Source: Silvanigrellaceae bacterium | GTDB taxonomy: Bacteria; Bdellovibrionota_B; Oligoflexia; Silvanigrellales; Silvanigrellaceae | Assembly: GCA_049423385.1 (NCBI GenBank) | Contig: JBMSQQ010000097.1 | Span: forward strand, 1 to 12,972 | Length of the DNA: 12,972 nt | Direction of reading: 5' to 3' | Part shown: in pieces, positions 6,587 to 12,972 of the stretch | Numbering within the stretch: position 1 is the first letter of the stretch | Layout: every line of letters starts with the position of its first letter | Position numbers and translations under genes: made by a program | Notes under the pieces: generated by a model | Database searches by the model: none | What the model was told of the DNA's origin: nothing | What the model saw: the letters and a program-made list of their open reading frames with translations, nothing else

Positions 6587-7717
6587 TTAAATTTTTGATT
6601 TTTTGCTCTTCAATTGTGTGGCTGCCGCAGTGAGCCCACCTGCAACACCATCCACAAAATGGAAATGGCTGTGCTGGCTCGAGGGGTGCAGATGGCAGGT
6701 GAGCACAGCAGCATTCGAGATGTGCGATCCGAATTGGAGAAGCCCTTCTTTTTCAGACCCTGCGAGAAAACTTTCAAAAGAAAAATGTTCCTCGTTGGTC
6801 ATGTCGAGGATCATGTAGAGGGATCCGTTGGCTTTGAACCAATCCGTCTGTTCTGGCAATTCATTGATGTATCTGCTGGGCAGACCGGTTATGTTGTTGA
6901 CCCTGTCGAATTCAAAAACCCATTTTGTGAAAATGCTTCTTTTGAGGTACTCGAGCAGGAATTTGATCATCGTGCCGAATCTTGAGTCCGGACAATTGAA
7001 GAGCGCTTCGCTGATCCACAAGGGTGCAAGCCACTTGTGCCGCACCCGGCCCGCTTGAACCGGGCAATATCGACTGATGTCTCCTCCAGCCGCCAGTCTT
7101 GCAAGAACGGATTCGAACAGGGAGTCCTGTTGTGCCATCGGAACTTTGGGCTCGATGACAAAACTGACAATGTTCCCTCTTTGCGATTCAAATGGAAGCA
7201 GTCGGCAGGATAGTCCCTGAATCGGGGCAAGTTCGGTTTTTTGCTCCTTCGACTCGTCGGCGTGGGTGTCGCGTTGCTTGACCAGGGTATCCGCAAGAGC
7301 GAGTCCGTCTCCCCGGAAATAGTGAAGAATCTCATGGCTGCCAGACTGGATTTGTCCACAACGCACTACTGTATTTTTTTCTCGGAGCTCTGAGACCGAA
7401 ACAGCTCCAACCCGCAGGCTGATTTTGAGGTTGCGCCTGGCCATGTCTTGAACTCTGTTGAGGACGTCAAGACAACTTGCGAGGTCGTCATTTTCCACGA
7501 GGAAAGTGGCACCATCTCCGCCAAAAACGAAGGGGACTTTTCCTTTTGCGAAAGTGTTCCTTATCGCCGCAATGCAGGCGGCACCCACGAGATTCACATC
7601 ACGTTGCCTGCCGGCTGAAATCAGGTCTGTCGAACCTCGCACGTCTGCAACGACCACGTGACTCGAGTCCGGAATCAGTTGGCAAGTGCTTCCATTGGCA
7701 ATCAATTCGAATTGCAT
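6587..7717 (-). CDS. DUF3095-family protein
   Basis: Recognised motifs HVVVADVRGST..I..GRQRDVNLVGAACIAA, VPFVFGGDGATFL, LRVGAVSV, GLSCR, DWFKANGSLYMILD, HFHFVDGVAGGLTAAATQLK. AAGGA lies 9 nt upstream of ATG 7717. Confidence 0.8.
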   Translation of the reverse strand: MQFELIANGSTCQLIPDSSHVVVADVRGSTDLISAGRQRDVNLVGAACIAAIRNTFAKGKVPFVFGGDGATFLVENDDLASCLDVLNRVQDMARRNLKISLRVGAVSVSELREKNTVVRCGQIQSGSHEILHYFRGDGLALADTLVKQRDTHADESKEQKTELAPIQGLSCRLLPFESQRGNIVSFVIEPKVPMAQQDSLFESVLARLAAGGDISRYCPVQAGRVRHKWLAPLWISEALFNCPDSRFGTMIKFLLEYLKRSIFTKWVFEFDRVNNITGLPSRYINELPEQTDWFKANGSLYMILDMTNEEHFSFESFLAGSEKEGLLQFGSHISNAAVLTCHLHPSSQHSHFHFVDGVAGGLTAAATQLKSKKSKI

Positions 7718-7753
7718 GATGTGTTGTCCTTGCCTCGGTGATGTCTGTTCAAC

Positions 7754-8617
7754 TCAGAATGGTTGGTAGAATCTTCCACCACGAACAAATTCAAACCAAG
7801 GGACAAGCGCGGTATTTTCACGTTCAACGATTTGACGTGCATTTTGGCAAGAGCGGGCGAGCCAATGTTCGACAAGAAGATTCTGTTCAGGGATTGTCAG
7901 GTTAAAGTCTGATATTTTTTCAAACCATTGAAAACGGAGTGCGTGCAGGAGGATTCCTGCACAAACCGAAACGTTCAGAGACTCAACGAAGCCGTTCATT
8001 TCCACATGCAGATAGCCATCGGCGTATTTGGCCCAGGATTCGGAAATCCCGAATTTCTCGTTGCCCGAGACGAGAGCAATGCGCGATTTTCCGACCAACC
8101 TGCAGAACTCCTGATTGCCGATTTGATGGGCAGCAAAACTTGGCAAAGTGCCCTCATAATGCTCGGCCGTGCGGGCAAAGGTCGGAAGTGATACAAGAAA
8201 GATTTTATACCCGGAGGATTTCAGGCTCTGGGCACATGCTTCAATCGAGTCGGTTCTGCGGGTGAGAAGCCAGGTGCTCGACCCTCGCTCCACGCTGTCA
8301 TTGACCCTGAATTTCATGTCGGATTGATGGTAAACAAAGCCAACATCCTGAAATCCAAAAGCATCTGCTGTGCGTAATACCGCACTGATATTGTGCGAAT
8401 GATGGGTGCTTTCAAAGACTGGCATGACTGCCCGGGTGCGGGTTTGGGCCACCTGGGTTAGCCTTGCAACACGCTCCGGAGTGACGACTTCGGAAAGTAC
8501 TTTTTTCAATTGTCCGAAGTCCACTTGCAGGTCTGCAGGAATAAAATAATCTGTTCGCAAATCTCGAGTGTTATCGTTGGGTCCAGACCAGGGTTCGATT
8601 TGCGGACGTGGGCTCAC
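7754..8617 (-). CDS. trmH: SpoU/TrmH-family RNA 2'-O-methyltransferase, likely tRNA (guanosine(18)-2'-O)-methyltransferase
   Basis: SPOUT motif 1 [16 protein letters not shown], motif 2 [11 protein letters not shown], motif 3 [20 protein letters not shown]-terminal TPERVARL..V...RT. Start reassigned to GTG 8617, which has GGAG 7 nt upstream; this removes the overlap with hutU. Confidence 0.85.
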   Translation of the reverse strand: MSPRPQIEPWSGPNDNTRDLRTDYFIPADLQVDFGQLKKVLSEVVTPERVARLTQVAQTRTRAVMPVFESTHHSHNISAVLRTADAFGFQDVGFVYHQSDMKFRVNDSVERGSSTWLLTRRTDSIEACAQSLKSSGYKIFLVSLPTFARTAEHYEGTLPSFAAHQIGNQEFCRLVGKSRIALVSGNEKFGISESWAKYADGYLHVEMNGFVESLNVSVCAGILLHALRFQWFEKISDFNLTIPEQNLLVEHWLARSCQNARQIVERENTALVPWFEFVRGGRFYQPF

Positions 8618-8660
8618 TGCAAAACTCCAAGTTTTTCGTGCTTTTTCCGAACACGCAATA

Positions 8661-8692
8661 GGCGGGAGATGTGACACAAACACAGTTCCGCC
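8661..8692. promoter_or_regulatory. Imperfect hairpin GGCGGGA-GA-TGTG-ACACAAA-CACA-G-TTCCGCC between divergent trmH and hutU
   Basis: 7-bp outer stem (one G-U pair) plus a 4-bp inner stem, ending about 10 nt before the hutU RBS (AAGGA, 8702-8706). Confidence 0.3.
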
Positions 8693-8714
8693 GCAAGCAA
8701 GAAGGATTCCCCAG

Positions 8715-10418
8715 ATGGCAACCCTGAAGAACAGATTTGATCCAGGACAACCTGCCCCCACCGGGCGCAACTTGAACACGAAAGGTTGGTTGCAGGAGGC
8801 AGCCTTGCGCATGCTTCTCAACAACCTGGATGCCGAGGTCGCTGAACGTCCGGAGGACCTCGTTGTTTACGGGGGCAGGGGAAAGGCCGCCCGTAGCCGT
8901 GAAGATTTCGATCGCATCACACATGCCCTTCAGGAACTCGAGAACGATGAATCCCTGCTCGTCCAGAGTGGTGCTGCCGTGGCCCGGATCAAGACCCATG
9001 CGGATGCTCCCCGCGTTCTTTTGGCAAACAGCAATCTCGTGGGCCGTTGGGCGAATTGGGAACAATTCGATTTGCTCGAGAAGCAGGGTCTGATGATGTA
9101 CGGGCAAATGACAGCCGGCAGCTGGATTTACATCGGCTCGCAAGGAATCGTCCAAGGAACTTATGAGACTTTTTACGAGGCTTTCAATCAGCATTACAAA
9201 GGTCAGGCGCGAGGAAAATTTGTTTTTTCGAGCGGACTGGGTGGAATGGGTGGTGCACAACCATTGGCGGCTGTTCTGACGGGCGCTTGTTTTTTGGGAA
9301 TCGAAGTCGATCGTTCGCGCGCAGAGATGCGATTGCGGACAAAATATCTCGACGAAATTCACGAGTCGGTGGACGAGGCCATGGCCAGCCTGCACCGCAG
9401 CATGAATGCGGGCGAAGCAAAGAGTATTGCAATCATCGGCAACGCTGCCGAGCTTTTGCCAAAGCTCATCACGAGAGCCGATTTCACACCCGCGCTCGTC
9501 ACAGACCAAACCTCTGCGCACGATCCTCTCTATGGTTATGTTCCTGTCGGTTATTCGTTGGAACGCGTTGTCGCAGAAAGAAAAACGAATCCTCGCAAGG
9601 TTCGTGATGATGCCATGGCGAGCATTGCAGTGCATGTTCGCGCTTTGCTGGACCTCAAGAAACGCGGAATTCCGACTTTTGACTACGGCAACAACATTCG
9701 GGCCATGGCCAAGGAAATGGGCGTTGAAAATGCATTCGACATTCCGGGTTTTGTGCCGGAATACATCCGTCCCTTGTTTTGTGAAGGCCGTGGTCCATTC
9801 CGTTTTGCTTGTCTGTCGGGAGATCCCGAAGATTTGCGCAAGGCAGATCTTGTATTGCGGGAAATGTTTGCCGGAAATGCGGGTGTTCAGCGTTGGCTCG
9901 AACATGCACCCAAACGAGTCTCCATTCAGGGATTGCCGGCTCGCATTTTGTGGTTGAATTATGGAGAGCGCGCGCGGGCTGGATTGAAGCTCAATCAAAT
10001 GGTGGCATCGGGTGAATTGAGTTGTCCAATTGTGATCGGTCGGGACCATTTGGATTGCGGAAGCGTCGCATCTCCCAACCGTGAAACCGAAGCAATGAAG
10101 GATGGCACGGATGCGGTTGCAGACTGGGCTCTCTTGAACGCATTTGGAAATATCGCCAGCGGTGCAACCTGGGTCAGCTTCCATCATGGAGGAGGCGTGG
10201 GGATGGGTTACTCCCTTCACGCAGGAATGGTGGTTGTGGCTGATGGCACGAGGGAAGCCGAAAGAAGATTGAGTCGAGTTCTGAGTTTCGATCCGGCCAT
10301 GGGAGTCTTCAGGCATGCCGATGCAGGATATGATTTGTCCAGAAAGATAGCCCAAGAAAAAATGAGTTCTGATAAGGTCACTGAAACGCAGCCTCACTTT
10401 TATCCAAGGTACCGCTGA
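8715..10418 (+). CDS. hutU: Urocanate hydratase (urocanase)
   Basis: [128 protein letters not shown]. Start set to ATG 8715 with AAGGA 8 nt upstream. Confidence 0.98.
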   Translation: MATLKNRFDPGQPAPTGRNLNTKGWLQEAALRMLLNNLDAEVAERPEDLVVYGGRGKAARSREDFDRITHALQELENDESLLVQSGAAVARIKTHADAPRVLLANSNLVGRWANWEQFDLLEKQGLMMYGQMTAGSWIYIGSQGIVQGTYETFYEAFNQHYKGQARGKFVFSSGLGGMGGAQPLAAVLTGACFLGIEVDRSRAEMRLRTKYLDEIHESVDEAMASLHRSMNAGEAKSIAIIGNAAELLPKLITRADFTPALVTDQTSAHDPLYGYVPVGYSLERVVAERKTNPRKVRDDAMASIAVHVRALLDLKKRGIPTFDYGNNIRAMAKEMGVENAFDIPGFVPEYIRPLFCEGRGPFRFACLSGDPEDLRKADLVLREMFAGNAGVQRWLEHAPKRVSIQGLPARILWLNYGERARAGLKLNQMVASGELSCPIVIGRDHLDCGSVASPNRETEAMKDGTDAVADWALLNAFGNIASGATWVSFHHGGGVGMGYSLHAGMVVVADGTREAERRLSRVLSFDPAMGVFRHADAGYDLSRKIAQEKMSSDKVTETQPHFYPRYR

Positions 10419-10423
10419 AAACC

Positions 10424-10430
10424 AAGGAGG
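10424..10430 (+). promoter_or_regulatory. Shine-Dalgarno site of hutI
   Basis: AAGGAGG, 9 nt before ATG 10440. Confidence 0.85.
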
Positions 10431-10439
10431 GAGTTCGCC

Positions 10440-11783
10440 ATGGCATCTTCAATCTCATTTCTTCCGGATGTGTTGTCTGCAGACAGCGGCGAGAGGATTG
10501 TCATACGCAATGCATTGGTTTTGACCATGGATTGCGAAAATCAGACAGAAGTCGAGAGCACTTCCAATGTCTTGCTCGGGGCGCACAAGGACTGTGACAT
10601 CGTCATCGAGTCGGGCGTGATCAAGGCGATTGGCGCGAATGCCGGTGCGAATGTAACGGATGCCAGAGTGATTCAAGGGCGCGGATGTGTTGTCATGCCG
10701 GGTCTCGTGGATTCGCACACGCATCCCATCTTTGCCGGTTCGCGCGCCACGGAAACTGTGCTCAAGGCGCAGGGCCTTTCCTATGAAGAAGTTGCGGCGC
10801 GTGGCGGTGGGATTGTTGTAAGCATGCGTGCAACCCGTTCTGCGAGCGCTGGTGAATTGAAATCCTCCTATATCCAGCGAGCGCGACAGGCCGTTTCACG
10901 AGGCGTCGTCGCCTGGGAAGCCAAGACCGGATACGGTTTGAGCGTTGAACAGGAAATGCGGATGCTTTCTTGTCTTTACGAGGCCCATGCCGACGAGAAC
11001 GAGAAATACCCGTTGCCGTTCATGTCACCCACGTTGTTGGGCCCTCATGCCGCTTCGCCTGAACTGCATGGTCTGGACAATTATGTGCAAGCTTTGATTG
11101 ATGCCATTCCGCAGTTTGCATCGCTTGCCCAAAAGCATTCCAGCTTGAAAAAAGTCCTTCCGCTTGCGGTCGATATTTTCCTCGAGCGCAATTACTTTAC
11201 CCGTGAGCAGGCCGATCGTTGGTTGTCTGCGGCGCTCCAGCACGGTTTGGATGTGCATATTCACGCTGATGAGTTTTCTCGCAGCGGCGGCTGCGAATCC
11301 GCAATTGCCCTGGCTCAAAGATTGGAACAAAACAGTCAGCGCAAGCGCACCAGGGGCCGAGTTTTGAGTGTGGATCACTTGCAATACGCAACTGATGCAG
11401 ACCTGGCAAAGTTGCAGACCCTGGGAGTGATGCCTGTCGTATTGCCGCTGACCAGCTTCTTTTCAAACATTGCCTATGTGGAAGGACGCAAATTGCGTTC
11501 TGCCGGCGTTCGCGCAGCAATTGCGTCGGATTTCAACCCAGGCAGTGCGCCACTCAATTCCCTTTGGTTTGCCTCATTCCTTGCGCTTGTGAAGGGTGGT
11601 TTTGCAGTGCCTGAAGTGCTCACGGGTGTGACCCGAAACGCTGCATGGGCCATGGGAATCGAAAATTCCCACGGTGTCCTGAAAGTGGGTCGCCGCGCCA
11701 GCCTTTTGATGTTTGAAGGCAACGTTGCCGAAGACTTTTTTGCTTCGCCCATGGGTGATCACATCAAACTTGTCATGGTGTGA
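10440..11783 (+). CDS. hutI: Imidazolonepropionase (amidohydrolase superfamily)
   Basis: PGLVDSHTHPIFAGSR; SYEEVAARGGGI; EAKTGYGL; LLGPHA; HIHADEF; SVDHL; IASDFNPGS. Directly downstream of hutU with a strong RBS. Confidence 0.95.
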   Translation: MASSISFLPDVLSADSGERIVIRNALVLTMDCENQTEVESTSNVLLGAHKDCDIVIESGVIKAIGANAGANVTDARVIQGRGCVVMPGLVDSHTHPIFAGSRATETVLKAQGLSYEEVAARGGGIVVSMRATRSASAGELKSSYIQRARQAVSRGVVAWEAKTGYGLSVEQEMRMLSCLYEAHADENEKYPLPFMSPTLLGPHAASPELHGLDNYVQALIDAIPQFASLAQKHSSLKKVLPLAVDIFLERNYFTREQADRWLSAALQHGLDVHIHADEFSRSGGCESAIALAQRLEQNSQRKRTRGRVLSVDHLQYATDADLAKLQTLGVMPVVLPLTSFFSNIAYVEGRKLRSAGVRAAIASDFNPGSAPLNSLWFASFLALVKGGFAVPEVLTGVTRNAAWAMGIENSHGVLKVGRRASLLMFEGNVAEDFFASPMGDHIKLVMV

Positions 11784-11792
11784 TCGGTTGAT

Positions 11793-12971
11793 TTATTGAA
11801 TCCATCGGACAACGAGTGGATGCGCATCGATTTTGGTGTCTTCGCCCGAAAGTGTGATTGCATCAATCACCGATTTCTGGAATTTGTCTGCCCTGACATC
11901 GTTTTTTCTCAGCCGCAGAAAACAAAGTGGTTCGCGTGCATCCACCGTTTCCCCAACCTTCTTCAGGTGAACAATTCCAACCTTGTGATCGATGGCGTCT
12001 TCCTTTTTTACTCTGCCTGCTCCCATTTCGATGAGCAGCAATCCCAGTTCGCGTGTGTTGATTGCTGAAACCCGCTGCTTTTTTTTCTCGGGACCAAAGA
12101 CCGGAATATCAATGACGCCGGCATCAATCCACTCGGTGTTTGAACGTTCGATTGCAGACAAATGCGCGCCTTGCTGCACTGCAATGTCCAGAAAGACCTC
12201 ATAGGCTCGACCACTTTGCAGGTGGTTCTTCATTCTCATGTATGCGCGCTGATGCGCATCCGCCGCCTTGTCCTGATGCCCCAGAACAGCAGCGCGAGCT
12301 GCAAGTTGCAAGCTCAGCTCACGTGTGTCGAGGGCTCCAACCCCCTGAAGAATGTCCAGACACTCGGCAACTTCACATGCATGACCCGCTGCTCGTCCCA
12401 GTGGCTCATCCATGTTGGTGAGGGCTGCTTCAACCCTGCAGCCGGCCATCTTGCCAGCATTCACAAGTGAGCGTGCCAGTTCTTCCGCCTTTTCCAGCGA
12501 CTGCAGAAAAGCTCCTGAACCAAACTTGACGTCGAGGACAAGGGCATCGAGATCCTCGGCCAACTTCTTGGACATGATGCTCGCAGTGATCAGAGGAATG
12601 CTTTCCACCGTCGAAGTCACGTCGCGCAGGGCGTAAAGTTTCTTGTCTGCAGGAACAAAACGATCTGTTTGCGCGCCAAATGCACCGCCGCGCGCGTGCA
12701 TCCACGTCTTGAATTGTTCGGCACCGGGTTGTGCCATGAATCCCGGAATGGCCTCGAGCTTGTCGACCGTGCCACCTGTATGACCCAGACCTCTGCCTGC
12801 AACCATCGGAACGGCAAGTCCATCTGCAACCAGCAGCGGGAGAATGACCAATGATGTCTTGTCGCCAACCCCCCCCGTGGAATGTTTGTCTACACAAGGT
12901 ATTCCGCGTTTTCGCAATTGGCTCCAGTCCATGCGGTCGCCGCTTTGAATCATTGCTGTCAACAGATGAGC
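11793..12971 (-). CDS. deoA: Thymidine phosphorylase / pyrimidine-nucleoside phosphorylase (5'-partial)
   Basis: VDKHSTGGVGDKTS; PMVAGRGLGHTGGTVDKLEAIPG; PADKKLYALRDVTSTVESIPLITASIMSKK; LVLDVKFGSGAF; MGAGR...EDAIDHKVGI. The frame stays open to the window edge (..AHLLTAMIQSG). Met rather than Lys in the PMxx motif favours the deoA type over pdp. Confidence 0.93.
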   Translation of the reverse strand, partial: AHLLTAMIQSGDRMDWSQLRKRGIPCVDKHSTGGVGDKTSLVILPLLVADGLAVPMVAGRGLGHTGGTVDKLEAIPGFMAQPGAEQFKTWMHARGGAFGAQTDRFVPADKKLYALRDVTSTVESIPLITASIMSKKLAEDLDALVLDVKFGSGAFLQSLEKAEELARSLVNAGKMAGCRVEAALTNMDEPLGRAAGHACEVAECLDILQGVGALDTRELSLQLAARAAVLGHQDKAADAHQRAYMRMKNHLQSGRAYEVFLDIAVQQGAHLSAIERSNTEWIDAGVIDIPVFGPEKKKQRVSAINTRELGLLLIEMGAGRVKKEDAIDHKVGIVHLKKVGETVDAREPLCFLRLRKNDVRADKFQKSVIDAITLSGEDTKIDAHPLVVRWIQ

Positions 12972-12972
12972 C

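Noticed and set aside
6560..6590. Possible terminator between the convergent lipoprotein and DUF3095 genes
   Set aside because: Only a weak AAATC/GATTT pairing around a long loop; there is no stable GC stem.
7718..7756. trmH and the DUF3095 gene are in the same frame, separated by one TGA plus 12 sense codons (possible readthrough fusion)
   Set aside because: The downstream gene has its own AAGGA RBS, same-frame spacing occurs one time in three by chance, TGG is used for Trp throughout, and no SECIS-like hairpin is evident.
8670..8685. CRP-like site TGTGA-CACAA-ACACA
   Set aside because: The spacer is 5 nt rather than the required 6 and the right half-site is imperfect. Kept only as part of the hairpin observation.
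8568..8824. Apparent 257-nt head-to-head overlap of trmH and hutU in the ORF track
   Set aside because: Artefact of choosing the longest ORF. RBS-supported starts at 8617 (GTG, -) and 8715 (ATG, +) leave a normal 97-nt gap.
8571..10397. 608-aa antisense ORF opposite hutU
   Set aside because: It mirrors a highly conserved gene over nearly its whole length, has no recognisable motifs and has an atypical His/Cys-rich composition. This is a typical shadow ORF.
10416..10442. hutU and hutI in frame across a single TGA
   Set aside because: A strong AAGGAGG RBS precedes hutI and both proteins are full length, so no fusion or recoding is needed.

Overview
Gene-dense bacterial chromosomal window of roughly 50% GC (estimated by eye), with no rRNA, tRNA, mobile element or CRISPR array visible. 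In order: a 5'-truncated PilT/PilU-family type IV pilus retraction ATPase whose frame is open from base 2 and carries a 21-bp tandem repeat encoding (PVQAAPP)n; an overlapping rhomboid protease; a convergent Fes-like alpha/beta hydrolase; three predicted lipoproteins; a DUF3095-family protein; a TrmH/SpoU methyltransferase; a two-gene hutU-hutI unit without hutH/hutG/hutC; and a 5'-truncated thymidine phosphorylase. The lipoproteins are the most interesting part. One has a CHAP/NlpC-P60-like Cys-His domain behind a possible SH3-like module. One looks like a very divergent trypsin-fold protease whose His/Asp/Ser motifs are spread apart by large insertions. The third is a Cys-rich orphan with a possible sigma-28 promoter. 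The gene content is compatible with a Bdellovibrionota/Oligoflexia-like or other deltaproteobacterial-type organism, but this is inference only. All family calls come from recognising motifs by eye; no searches were run.
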